A DNA stretch of 64,000 bases from Candidatus Nanohaloarchaea archaeon (lineage in GTDB: Archaea > Nanohalarchaeota > Nanosalinia > Nanosalinales > Nanosalinaceae), in assembly GCA_013343275.1 (NCBI GenBank), contig CP046106.1:256001-320000 (forward strand), in the 5' to 3' direction. The notes under the pieces are model-generated. The model was not told the origin of the DNA, ran no database searches, and saw nothing but the letters and a program-made list of their open reading frames with translations. Positions within the stretch are counted from its first letter, which is position 1, and the number at the start of each line of letters is the position of its first letter. A program made the position numbers and the translations under genes. Shown here piece after piece: positions 29,813 through 39,409 of this stretch.

Positions 29813-30025
29813 CTAGATTTTGCCTGTTGCAACGGCGTATCCTATTGCCGAGAAGAACAGGGCCTCCATCACAATTATTGTCGATACTAGAAGCCCACTG
29901 CCAGAGTCTAGGAAGCCTATATTGAAGATATCGCCGAGAAATGCTATTGCAACTACCAGACCTACAGCTCCTATAGCGGCAACTATGTGGAGGCCTAGAT
30001 CTTTAAGGAAATCAGGTATCTGCAT
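29813..30025 (-). CDS. small 2-TM membrane protein
   Basis: Two hydrophobic helices. Confidence 0.6.
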   Translation of the reverse strand: MQIPDFLKDLGLHIVAAIGAVGLVVAIAFLGDIFNIGFLDSGSGLLVSTIIVMEALFFSAIGYAVATGKI

Positions 30026-30080
30026 GTATCTAAGATTCCTTCAGTAAGAGATGTAAAACTCGGACCAGCAACGGTTTAAT

Positions 30081-30818
30081 GTGAGAATAGTTTCTCTAGC
30101 TCCCTCCAACACCGAGATCCTCTACCGGCTGGGCCTAGGGGATGAGATAGTTGCTACTACTTCTCTCTGCGGTACTCCTGTAGAGGCATTGGAGAAGCCA
30201 AGTATCGGTGGCTGGACTAATCCGGATATTGAGAAGGTTAGGAGCTTTGATCCTGATCTTGTAGTGGCTTCTGACGACCTTCAGGACAACGCAATCGACC
30301 TTTTCGAAGACGAGAGCTTTGAGATTCTGCAGGTCAGGCCCCATACTGTAGAGGAAGTTTTTGACAGCATCAGGAGGATTGGGAGGGCTGTCGACAGAGA
30401 GAAGGAAGCGGAGAAGCTTGTTGAAGAAATGAAGAATAACTTGGAAGGCCTTGAGTTCGATAGCTCGCCCAGGATTTACTGTGAGGAATGGATGGATCCG
30501 CCGATGGCCTCCGGTAACTGGATTCCAGGCCTTGTTGAGAGATCTGGTGGAGAGTACTTTATTGATGAAGGTGAACGCAGCAGAGAGTTCGATTTGGAGG
30601 AGTTGAAGGATTTCGATCCCGAATATATTTTTCTGAACGTATGCGGTGCTGGTGAGAATGTAGATAGATCAGAGATCCTGGAAAGGCCGGAGTGGCAGGA
30701 AATTACCGCTATCAAGAAGGAGAACGTTTTTGTGGTAGATGATTCGCTGTTGAACAGGCCCGGGCCTCGACTGGTTGACGGTATCGAAGAAATAGTAGAG
30801 AAAGTAAATGAGGAGTAA
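30081..30818 (+). CDS. BtuF-like cobalamin/metal-binding protein without signal peptide
   Basis: RIVSLAPSNTEIL, RPGPRL. Confidence 0.85.
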   Translation: MRIVSLAPSNTEILYRLGLGDEIVATTSLCGTPVEALEKPSIGGWTNPDIEKVRSFDPDLVVASDDLQDNAIDLFEDESFEILQVRPHTVEEVFDSIRRIGRAVDREKEAEKLVEEMKNNLEGLEFDSSPRIYCEEWMDPPMASGNWIPGLVERSGGEYFIDEGERSREFDLEELKDFDPEYIFLNVCGAGENVDRSEILERPEWQEITAIKKENVFVVDDSLLNRPGPRLVDGIEEIVEKVNEE

Positions 30819-30819
30819 G

Positions 30820-31380
30820 TTAGGTGTCGTGGTCCTGGTAAGGTTCTCCGTACTTCTCGCTTAGAAGGTTGGCTGCTGCTTTCGTGCCGTCGCCTATTGC
30901 GAAAGATGTCTGGTGCACCCAGTAACGGGCCAGTCCTGCTGCATATACATTTTCTGCGGCCTTATTGTCCTCATCTGTGTCTATGTGCTCATCCATCAGG
31001 TATGGGTCGTCACGGCCTTCGACGAAGTCGAGATCCAGTTCTTCTAGGTAGTCATGCATTCCTGCAGAGGCCACGATGACGTATTCTGTTTCGTATTCTT
31101 CTTCCGAAGTTGTTACTTTGAGGCCTTCATCGGTTCTCTCTACTTTTTCGACTTCTTCCTCTTTGAATTCTCCTCCGAATTCGTCGAGTTTTTCCTTTCC
31201 TTTTTTGAGTAGTTCGCTGCCGCTTATAGAGTCGTGGCCTATCAGGTTCTGAATGTTTGAAGTGTTTAGAACCAGGGACTCTCCTGAATCGAGTACAAGC
31301 ACGTCTTCGCCCGCCTTTGCGGTGAAAGAACCTGCCTGTAGGCCGGATACTCCGCCGCCGATTACGATTACGTCTTTCAT
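30820..31380 (-). CDS. short FAD-dependent (thioredoxin reductase-like) oxidoreductase
   Basis: DVIVIGGGVSGL, VYAAG, Q...AIGDG. Confidence 0.85.
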   Translation of the reverse strand: MKDVIVIGGGVSGLQAGSFTAKAGEDVLVLDSGESLVLNTSNIQNLIGHDSISGSELLKKGKEKLDEFGGEFKEEEVEKVERTDEGLKVTTSEEEYETEYVIVASAGMHDYLEELDLDFVEGRDDPYLMDEHIDTDEDNKAAENVYAAGLARYWVHQTSFAIGDGTKAAANLLSEKYGEPYQDHDT

Positions 31381-31487
31381 ACTTACTGGAAATCTGGATA
31401 AATCTGTAAATAACTTCCGGAGAGAAAAATTTCTCTCGCAGAGCAGGCTTTTTTATTGCGGTTGAGGTAAAATTTCTTTAGAATAAT

Positions 31488-32123
31488 ATGTTGACTAAGA
31501 GGCAGAAACTTCTAGCTGCAGTACTGTTTCTGCTAAGTATCTCTCTTGGAGTTGCTGCTTCTCTAGTTACTGAAAGCTACGCTCAGTCTGTCGCCCTGAT
31601 AAACATGATCTATCTGCCTATCTTTGCAGTTCTGATTGTTGCAACAGTTGTAGGCATGATTCCTCTAGTTAAGCTCTCCACAACTACTGTCTTTACAACC
31701 AGTAAAGATGGAGAAGAGATACTGGAGGATATCAATAAAGACGATTCGCTTCTGGCCCTTGATACAGAGAGAGGTTTCGAACTTGTCAATAGAGATGAGG
31801 GGAAGGTAGAGCTGGAGACATACCCTACACTGGTACATAAATGGCTGGATAGGGAAGTCAGAGTTGTAAAAGAGTTTGAACAGGTCTCAGATAACGAGCT
31901 AACAGTTGAGGAATACGTAAATGATGATGAAGAGTCTGTTTCAAAGTTAGAGATCGATGAGTCCGGAGATAACACCAAGTTAATAGACCGGACGGACTAC
32001 AGCGGAAGAATCAGGTTTCTTTCAGTTATCGGGCTACGGTACGTCATCCTGCCGAAGACCAAGAATTTAATGAGTCAGAGAGGTTACAAGCTCGAAGACA
32101 CTTCCTTCGATATCAGCCTGTAA
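31488..32123 (+). CDS. hypothetical membrane protein
   Basis: Two N-terminal TMs plus a soluble acidic domain. Confidence 0.65.
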   Translation: MLTKRQKLLAAVLFLLSISLGVAASLVTESYAQSVALINMIYLPIFAVLIVATVVGMIPLVKLSTTTVFTTSKDGEEILEDINKDDSLLALDTERGFELVNRDEGKVELETYPTLVHKWLDREVRVVKEFEQVSDNELTVEEYVNDDEESVSKLEIDESGDNTKLIDRTDYSGRIRFLSVIGLRYVILPKTKNLMSQRGYKLEDTSFDISL

Positions 32124-32124
32124 T

Positions 32125-33351
32125 CTACCGTTCCTTCACGGAGACTTCTGCTTCGAGGCCTTCATTCATTTCCTGCTCCAGCTGTTCCATCCTGTCATCT
32201 AGAGAACTTCCCAGTTCATCAATCCTATCTTCTATGCTCTCTATCTCTCTTTCCTTCCGTTCTATCTTATCTTTCACAGCTTTAAGATCTCTTTCTGCTT
32301 TCTCTACCTCTTCCTTGATGTCCATGTCCTCGATCTTCCGTTCAAGCACCTCTATCTCGGCCTCAAGTTCGTCCTCTTCCTCCACAAGTTCCTGAAAGTT
32401 GGAGAGGTTTTCCGCTGCCTCTGCAAAGTTCTGGACTTGACGTATATCCAGAAGGTCCTCTTCCTTGACTTTTTCCTGGGCCTCCTCCAGTTCTTCCTGT
32501 ATTTCACCTGCTTGTGCGTATTTCTCCTCTGTTATCTTATCTAGCTTGCTGATATCTCCTTCAAACTCGATTTCTCCGCTTTCAACCTGGTAGATTAGTT
32601 TTTTTAGGCCTCTGCGCATTGTGGAGATGTTTTTGGATATCTTGGCCTGTATTTCCTCTCTTCTATCTTCTTTTTCCTCGAGTTCCTGCTGCATCTCCTG
32701 CATTTCCTGCCATTCACTGCTGTCTTTAAGCTCCTGGATCTCCTGCTCTATTCTCTGTTTCTCGTCTTCCTCTGTCGCTGTAGATATCTCGGTTTTCTCC
32801 CTTCTTTTTTCCTCGAGCTCTTCCTCTAGCTCGCTGATCTCTTCTTTCAGAGATTTAATCTTCCTGTACCTTTTCAGAGAGCTGTATTTAGACTTCACAA
32901 AGCTTTCAGTGTTGTCCAGATGAGATTCTATGTCTTCCAGAACGCTCAAGAGCTTGGTTCTCTTGTTGATCCGTTTCATTACCTGTCCCTGCTTCTCGGA
33001 CACGTTGTTGAACTTCTCAAGGAACTCTCTCAAGTCCTCCAGGTGTTCATCCATTTTCTCGGACAGATCGGTCTCTTTGACCAGCATTTTCTGTGACTGA
33101 GCGAAATCCTCTGCTACATCGTCGACAACCTTCAGGCCTTCACTGTCCTGATAGTCCTTCATTTCTTCAAGGTCTTCCTGAAGGCTCTGCAGGTATTCCT
33201 CGGTTCTATCTCTCAGTTCTTCAGCTCTGTTCCTTGCTGACTCAATCTCGTTCAGATTTCGCTCCTTGAAAACTTCTGGAGCTTCCTTGTAGCTGGTCTC
33301 TAACTCTTCCTGGCTGAAGAATCTGTCTTTCAGTTTATCAGTAAGGCCCAT
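32125..33351 (-). CDS. coiled-coil protein
   Basis: 408 aa, E/K/L heptad-rich, no P-loop. Confidence 0.75.
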   Translation of the reverse strand: MGLTDKLKDRFFSQEELETSYKEAPEVFKERNLNEIESARNRAEELRDRTEEYLQSLQEDLEEMKDYQDSEGLKVVDDVAEDFAQSQKMLVKETDLSEKMDEHLEDLREFLEKFNNVSEKQGQVMKRINKRTKLLSVLEDIESHLDNTESFVKSKYSSLKRYRKIKSLKEEISELEEELEEKRREKTEISTATEEDEKQRIEQEIQELKDSSEWQEMQEMQQELEEKEDRREEIQAKISKNISTMRRGLKKLIYQVESGEIEFEGDISKLDKITEEKYAQAGEIQEELEEAQEKVKEEDLLDIRQVQNFAEAAENLSNFQELVEEEDELEAEIEVLERKIEDMDIKEEVEKAERDLKAVKDKIERKEREIESIEDRIDELGSSLDDRMEQLEQEMNEGLEAEVSVKER

Positions 33352-33431
33352 AACCAGTTAACCCAGTTGAACAGGTAAAAACCTGAGGTGGGGGAGAAGA
33401 AAAAAAAGGGAAATAGAGGGCGAAGGATTTT

Positions 33432-34034
33432 TTACTCGAATCTGCTGGAGAGGTCTTCAAACTTCTCCTGAGGATGCTCCCAGTCGACTACCTCGAAGAA
33501 GCTGTCGATGAATTCTCCTCTCTCAGGGCCGTAGTCGTGGTAATAAGAGTGTTCCCAGACATCGACTGCCAGGATAGGATGTGCTCCCCAGACTCCATGT
33601 CTGTCGTGCTTGTCAACTACTACATTATGTAGCTCGTCTTCTGCAGGGATGTAGACAAGCAAGGCCCATCCTCCGGCGCTTGATGCTGCGGCCTTGAACT
33701 CTTTCTTCCAGTTCTCGTAGCTTCCGAAGTCCTCTTCAATCTTCTCCAGTAGCTGGCCTTCTGGCCTTCCCCCGCCGTTAGGCCCCATGTTCTTCCAGAA
33801 AAGGTTGTGCAGTACTGTTCCTGCATAGTTGTGAGTGAAGTCTTTCAAGATCGAGGCCGTGGAGCTGTAATCATCGTTTTCTCTCTGCTCGTCCAGTCTT
33901 TCCTCTGCGGAGTTCCAGCCGTTGACGTAGCCCTGATGGTGTACGTCGTGGTGCCACTCCATAACCTGTTTGGAGATATGAGGGGTTAGAGCGTCGTATT
34001 CGTAAGGTAGTTTCATTAAACCGTGTTCTGCCAT
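33432..34034 (-). CDS. sod: Fe/Mn superoxide dismutase
   Basis: LPY.YDAL.P, HHDVHHQGYV, HNLFW, DVWEHSYY. Confidence 0.97.
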   Translation of the reverse strand: MAEHGLMKLPYEYDALTPHISKQVMEWHHDVHHQGYVNGWNSAEERLDEQRENDDYSSTASILKDFTHNYAGTVLHNLFWKNMGPNGGGRPEGQLLEKIEEDFGSYENWKKEFKAAASSAGGWALLVYIPAEDELHNVVVDKHDRHGVWGAHPILAVDVWEHSYYHDYGPERGEFIDSFFEVVDWEHPQEKFEDLSSRFE

Positions 34035-34161
34035 AGAAAGTTCACCTATAACATGTTATCTTGGCTGGAGGTATAAGCAGGTTTTGGCCAAATCAAGACT
34101 AGGAAAGTTAAGTCGGCGAAAAATAATGAGGAAAGAAGAAAGAGGGAAAAGGTGTCCGGCC

Positions 34162-34818
34162 TTACTGTGTGGTGTTGCCGGATGTCTGGTTGTCAGGCTG
34201 CTGGTTCTGCTGCTGAGCAGCTTTGATGGCCTGACTGACATCGATGATCATGGACTGTCCTGTAAGAGGGGACTGCTTTGGAATAATCTGTGCGCCGTCC
34301 ATGGTCATGTAGAAACTCTGTGTCTGAGAGACAGTGGTTCCATTACGCTGTCCTGTAGTCGTAATGTTGAACTCGTAGAGGCCGTGCTGTGTCTGGAATT
34401 CAGAAACGTTGACACTTGGCCCTACAATCTGTGTAACCTTGTCCTGTGCAGCGGCAGGTGAGATCTGGCCACTACCTCCTGCTCCTGAGAGGCCCATTGC
34501 AACCAGGCCTACAAGTAGTCCTAGAAGAAGCCCTCCTGCGAATACGCTGTTTCGGGAGTAGCTTCCCAGGATTCCTCCTGCGGTCTCTTCTTCGATCTCC
34601 TCAAGTACATCGTCCTCTGTAACTTCATCGGATTCGGAATGCATTTCTTCGTCTACTTCTTCCCCGATCTTCTGCTCGATATACTCCTTGACGGTTTTAC
34701 GGTCCTTACCTTCCTCCTCTGACTGGAGGAGGGATTTGTAATCTAGATCCACTGCGTTGTCGATCTTCTCTTTGACCTCATCGACAGTGCCATCTAGTAA
34801 ATCATCATTTTTTGACAT
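34162..34818 (-). CDS. hypothetical single-TM protein
   Basis: Acidic N-terminal domain, one TM, Q/T-rich exterior. Confidence 0.7.
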   Translation of the reverse strand: MSKNDDLLDGTVDEVKEKIDNAVDLDYKSLLQSEEEGKDRKTVKEYIEQKIGEEVDEEMHSESDEVTEDDVLEEIEEETAGGILGSYSRNSVFAGGLLLGLLVGLVAMGLSGAGGSGQISPAAAQDKVTQIVGPSVNVSEFQTQHGLYEFNITTTGQRNGTTVSQTQSFYMTMDGAQIIPKQSPLTGQSMIIDVSQAIKAAQQQNQQPDNQTSGNTTQ

Positions 34819-34909
34819 ACCAAAGAATTATCTTGACATCCTTTTAAAAATTAGCAGAAAGCCGCTGTAACTCACATTTACGACAGAAATTTTACAGGAA
34901 GAAATTTGT

Positions 34910-35140
34910 TGGGGCCGGCAGGACTTGAACTTGCAACCTTCCGCTATCTCCGGAACTTCTGGAAGTTCCATCACCACGGAGCATTCCAAGGAATGCACCT
35001 CAAGATTTAATCATCGGCCATAAGGCCTCATTCCTCCAGATCCGTAACAGAACAGAGATGGTTCAGTGATCCATCAGGTACTGTCGACCTGCTACGGGAG
35101 TCGCTGGAGGCGGACGCTCTGCCAATTGAGCTACGACCCC
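34910..35140 (-). tRNA. tRNA-Trp(CCA) with 158-nt intron at 37/38
   Basis: 5' exon GGGGTCGTAGCTCAATTGGCAGAGCGTCCGCCTCCAG (35140-35104); 3' exon AGCGGAAGGTTGCAAGTTCAAGTCCTGCCGGCCCCA (34945-34910); anticodon stem TCCGC/GCGGA. Confidence 0.93.
34946..35103 (-). ncRNA. intron-encoded box C/D guide RNA (Cm34 of tRNA-Trp)
   Basis: TCTGGAGG-A-ATGA: guide complementary to CCUCCAGA with the fifth nt upstream of the D-like box on C34; then a GGCC hairpin and C'-like GATGAT. Confidence 0.75.
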
Positions 35141-35258
35141 AACCTGTCTGTATTGTTGATTTAGAGGTTGAAACTTTAAAACAGGTAGTGAACTGTCCAG
35201 GTTCTGACTCTACGCTTAAAGATTTTTGACTACAACAAATTTCTACAGTAAAAGGAAA

Positions 35259-36218
35259 ATGATTAGAGAGAAAGATGGGATCCATTTCGATCTTGAGGAT
35301 AAGGTTGTAGCTGACTCCCGTAAGGCCCGTGGAGATGTGAACTTTGTCTCCCACGCTCATATGGATCACGTTCACCGTGGAGAGAATCCTGTTATAGCCT
35401 CGGAGGTAACTAGAAAGCTTGCAGAGGCCCGTACAGAGAAAAATATAGCGGCAGCAAGCTCGGAGAGCTTCGAACTTATTCCTTCGGGACACATAATAGG
35501 TTCTACAGCAGCAAAGTTCGGAGAGGAGAAGGAGTATCTCTACACTGGAGATGTATCTCTGCGGGATAGGGCCTATCTTGAAGGTTTTGAACCTGTTTCT
35601 GCCGATGTTCTCGTGGTTGAGTCGACTTACGGGATTCCTGCCTACAGATTTCCGGATCAGAAGGGGATTGAATCATCTATCCAAGACTGGGTGCAGGACA
35701 ACGACAGGCCGCTGTTCCTGTTCGGTTACTCGCTGGGTAAGGCCCAGAAGATCCAGCATATCATGCAGGAGGCGACTGAGAGACCTATCGTGGCTCATGG
35801 ATCCGTGAAGAATATGAACAATGTTGTAGAAGAGGTTACAGATCTGAATTTCAGGGCGAAGCCTTACGGCGAGAACAAGGAGTTGCTGGAGGACAATGCG
35901 ATCTTTATCGGGCCTTCAAGTTTTGCACGTAACGATGGCCTGAACAAGTTTGTGGATAAGGTAGATGGTTTGAAGGCTGGTTTCTCTGGCTGGGCAGCTC
36001 AGGAGGCTTTCAAGCATCGTGGAGGGTACGACAAGACTTTTCCTTTCTCCGATCACTGCGACTTCGATGAACTGGTTGAACTAGTTGAGAAAGTAGGTCC
36101 TGAAGAGGTTTACACTCACCACGGTTTCGATGAGGCCTTTGCATCCTACCTGAAAAAGGAGAAAGGGATTAATGCCCGTGCATTAAAGCAGAATCAGAGC
36201 TCTCTTACAGATTTCTAG
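35259..36218 (+). CDS. MBL/beta-CASP exonuclease
   Basis: SHAHMDH, GHIIGS, YTGD, ESTYG, FSDHCDF; C-terminal QSSLTDF. Confidence 0.9.
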   Translation: MIREKDGIHFDLEDKVVADSRKARGDVNFVSHAHMDHVHRGENPVIASEVTRKLAEARTEKNIAAASSESFELIPSGHIIGSTAAKFGEEKEYLYTGDVSLRDRAYLEGFEPVSADVLVVESTYGIPAYRFPDQKGIESSIQDWVQDNDRPLFLFGYSLGKAQKIQHIMQEATERPIVAHGSVKNMNNVVEEVTDLNFRAKPYGENKELLEDNAIFIGPSSFARNDGLNKFVDKVDGLKAGFSGWAAQEAFKHRGGYDKTFPFSDHCDFDELVELVEKVGPEEVYTHHGFDEAFASYLKKEKGINARALKQNQSSLTDF

Positions 36219-36553
36219 TTTTCAAGTATGCCCTGTTCTTTTGCTGGTCTGAAAGCTCTTTCTTCCAGGTATTTCTCGAGTTCCTTCAGTTCTTCAACTG
36301 TTTCCCTGTCTCTGGTCTCGTTCATTACTGTTCTCTGAATGTTTTCCATCATGTTGAGACCTTCAATTGTTTCTACCATCTCCTCTTCGCTGTATGTACC
36401 ATCCCTGTTCACTGCGTATGGAAGGCTTTCAACCTTCTGAATTGCTTCCTCCACCAGTTCCTGGTATTCTTCCATGTTTTCAGCGAAGCTGTATGCCTCA
36501 TCTATAGCTTCTTCTACCTGGATAGGGTCGTAACCTGTTTCACTTACACTCAT
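36215..36553 (-). CDS. hypothetical protein
   Basis: 112-aa acidic helical ORF. Confidence 0.6.
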   Translation of the reverse strand: MSVSETGYDPIQVEEAIDEAYSFAENMEEYQELVEEAIQKVESLPYAVNRDGTYSEEEMVETIEGLNMMENIQRTVMNETRDRETVEELKELEKYLEERAFRPAKEQGILEN

Positions 36554-36586
36554 AGAAAGACTGATCGCTGACTAAACTTTTAATCA

Positions 36587-37012
36587 TCATCCCTCGAAGT
36601 AAAGGCCTGAGAGCTGGGCCTCAACAAACTTCTCGTCAGGGTCCTCAAACAGGGGTAGTGTGTCCTCAATGGTTCTCCTTCCTGTACTGGTCAGCTGAGC
36701 TCCGAAGTCTTTCCTGAGGGTATTGATGACATCTATCTCTTTGTCCAGCTCCCGGGAGATCTTCTTGTTCTGTTCTTTGCCATGTTCATCGAAATCGGTT
36801 AAAACTACGACTCTTTCTGCTCCACGGGCTACGTCCTCCACCAGGTCTTCAATAGTTCTCTCTGCTGACAGAAAGATCTTGGACTGGAAGCCCAGTTTCT
36901 GAAGGGCGATCTTATCGGAGAATCCTTCAACAATGGCGGCGTCAACATCCCTCTCAAGTTTCTCAACTTCTGCCTCCAGAAGGTTTTTCTCCCTGAATTT
37001 TTCCGTTTCCAT
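36587..37012 (-). CDS. small TOPRIM-domain protein
   Basis: IVEG..D, VLTDFDEHG. Confidence 0.88.
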   Translation of the reverse strand: METEKFREKNLLEAEVEKLERDVDAAIVEGFSDKIALQKLGFQSKIFLSAERTIEDLVEDVARGAERVVVLTDFDEHGKEQNKKISRELDKEIDVINTLRKDFGAQLTSTGRRTIEDTLPLFEDPDEKFVEAQLSGLYFEG

Positions 37013-37066
37013 GTTCTTCTACGGGTAAGATAAACTTTTTATCCATGAAAAATATTTCGGAACGGT

Positions 37067-38290
37067 TTAGACCATCTTCTTTACCTGTTTGCTGAGAACA
37101 GGGTTCAAGGCCGAGGAATAGATGCTTCTGACAGTATCCTTGTAGCTCTGCCATCCCTCGGTTCTCTCATCGTAGGAAATGCTCAGGTCTTCCTGAACTG
37201 AGAAACTGTGATGGAACTTCCTGCCCTCCATCTCGCCGAGTTCTTTACGGGCGTTGATAGAGTTATCCTTGATCCGGGAAACAGAGTTCTCAGGCAGTCG
37301 GGCAGAGATAGAGTAGTCAATATCGTTACCTGTTTCAACCTGCAGTATGAAGTCAAGGCCCTGCTTCCCACGCACTACGATACCTGAGTCGGTGTACTCT
37401 TTTTCGACAGGTATCTTCGGTGAGAAAATATCGACCACGTCCTCAGGCGAAACAATTGCGGCGGTCTCCTGCACCTCGCTCTCAAGTTCATCAAGACTGT
37501 AGATAAATCTACCATCCTTCTCTCTGGAAGTATCGATAGCTGCGTAGTACAGATCCTTGTCGAGGCCTTCCTCCATTCTCTTTTTGACCTCTTCCACCTT
37601 TTCTTCGACGTTTTCCAGGCCTTTACCTGTGTAAGGGATGTCGAACAGGAAGGCTTTCTCCCTGTCCTCGTGTACCAGGACGGCGTCGACAGGTACCTGG
37701 AAGTCAAAGCTGTCTAGAGGAGGTTTTTTCAATTTGAGGCCTACGTATTTTCTCTCTATTCTTTCCAGTTCCTTCATTGCTTTCTCGATGTTTTTCTCGA
37801 AAGGTTTCATCGATCTGAACAGTAGCCGGGCCTGGCTGTGGCTGAGCTGTTCTCTTTCAGCCATTTTTGCGATATCCCTGATAACTTTCTCGGTATCTGT
37901 GTATATTAGTTCTTTCTGGAGGAACTGGTGGAGCTGTGAGAACTTGAGTTGCTCGTATTCATCTAGCTGGATGCTTCCTCTGTTGGTAACGAATATTCCC
38001 CGGAACCTGTATTCTGATAGTTCTGATAGTTCCAGGCCTATATCGATCGGGTCGTTCTTCGCCATTTCCACGTACTTGTCCATGCGGGAAAGGTCCTCTT
38101 CGTCTATCTCGGCTTTGTTTTTGGCGTCGATCACCCAGACCTCTTTCTTGTCTTCCCTTGATATTCTGGCGAATGCGTCGGGTCTTGAGTTATCTCTCAG
38201 GCTGCCGATTCTCTCGAAGAAGTCGAAGAATCCTTCGTACTGTCTGAGGAGGTCCAGAACGTCTGTCTGGAATACTTCCCAGTTGCTCAT
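37067..38290 (-). CDS. PD-(D/E)XK nuclease-like protein
   Basis: RPDAF...VIDAK in the N-terminal domain. Confidence 0.6.
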   Translation of the reverse strand: MSNWEVFQTDVLDLLRQYEGFFDFFERIGSLRDNSRPDAFARISREDKKEVWVIDAKNKAEIDEEDLSRMDKYVEMAKNDPIDIGLELSELSEYRFRGIFVTNRGSIQLDEYEQLKFSQLHQFLQKELIYTDTEKVIRDIAKMAEREQLSHSQARLLFRSMKPFEKNIEKAMKELERIERKYVGLKLKKPPLDSFDFQVPVDAVLVHEDREKAFLFDIPYTGKGLENVEEKVEEVKKRMEEGLDKDLYYAAIDTSREKDGRFIYSLDELESEVQETAAIVSPEDVVDIFSPKIPVEKEYTDSGIVVRGKQGLDFILQVETGNDIDYSISARLPENSVSRIKDNSINARKELGEMEGRKFHHSFSVQEDLSISYDERTEGWQSYKDTVRSIYSSALNPVLSKQVKKMV

Positions 38291-38319
38291 GGAGAGTTAC
38301 CTCTAGAATGTGTGGGCCT

Positions 38320-39225
38320 TCATTCTACCACTTCGTAGCTGTCTACTTCGCCGTCTCCGTCCATGTCAAGGCCTCTGACAATTTTATAGTATTCTCCCCC
38401 GCTGTACTGTTCAGTTATGTCTTCCAGGTTTTTGAAGGCTCTGACTGCTGCCTCTGTCCCCTGATTCCTGATACCGGCTATCAGGAAGAGTGATTTGCTG
38501 GAGTCTTCCGGGTGGTTGGTTCTGGCTATTACCCCGATATCTGGTTCGCTGTACGTTGCGTTCTCAGTAGAAAGCTCTCTGTACGGGAATTCTTCTCCCG
38601 AGAAGTGTGCCGGGAAATTCCCGTTGAATTTTTTGGTGACGGTGTTGGTCAGTACTCCGCCTACGAGTATCATGTTCTGGTTGAAGTTCTCGCTGCGGAA
38701 GATCTCCGTATCCAGCGAAATGTTTCTCTTGTCTGTGTTGCAGTATCGTCCGATTTCCAGCCCGATCTCTCCTGCAAGGTGGCCGTCTCTTGCCCTCACC
38801 TGGTCAGGTCCGTGCTGGTCCGGAGATCCTACCACTATGTTTCCATTCAGTTCTCCGTTCTGTACGAGGGGCGATAGAAAGTCCGCGGTGGTTTCGGAAA
38901 TGTTCTGTGCTGGTAGTCCTTCGCTGATCTCTGAGAGCAGTAGGTAGTAGGCCTTCGACTTGAGTCTGTAGTATGTTGCGGTGCCTCCGGATTTTTCCTC
39001 GCTTCTGGATTTTTCTATTATTCCTGCGTCTTCCAGTTTGTTGAAGTGGTAGTAGGCTTTCTGTTTGCTGAGATCTAGGGCCTTGGCTACTTCCGAGGTA
39101 TAGGCCTCTCCATCGCCTATTTCTTTCACTATTTCTCTCCGTGTTTCGTCGCTGAGTGCTTTGATTATTTCCGGTGATATTTCCTCTGCTTCTACTGCTT
39201 TTCCGTTTTCGACTACTCGGCCCAT
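38320..39225 (-). CDS. ArsR-like HTH regulator with C-terminal alpha/beta domain
   Basis: KALSDETR..I, YYHFNKLEDAG; IVVGSPD.HG. Confidence 0.8.
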   Translation of the reverse strand: MGRVVENGKAVEAEEISPEIIKALSDETRREIVKEIGDGEAYTSEVAKALDLSKQKAYYHFNKLEDAGIIEKSRSEEKSGGTATYYRLKSKAYYLLLSEISEGLPAQNISETTADFLSPLVQNGELNGNIVVGSPDQHGPDQVRARDGHLAGEIGLEIGRYCNTDKRNISLDTEIFRSENFNQNMILVGGVLTNTVTKKFNGNFPAHFSGEEFPYRELSTENATYSEPDIGVIARTNHPEDSSKSLFLIAGIRNQGTEAAVRAFKNLEDITEQYSGGEYYKIVRGLDMDGDGEVDSYEVVE

Positions 39226-39409
39226 TGTTGAACATGTTTTACTGGTACAATTTCTTTTTTACTGCTTTCGGTTGGAAACACCGGTGCTCTTTAAAAGGGT
39301 TCGAGCTGTGAACTGTTTTCCACTGTTCAAGTTAAAACCTCTCTTTTACCGGTTTTCGGGCAGTAGAGAAAGTATTTATAAACTCAGGGCTGCAATGTTA
39401 GGTTGTACT

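Noticed and set aside
32125-33351. SMC/Rad50 ATPase
   Set aside because: Coiled coil only; no Walker A/B or signature motif
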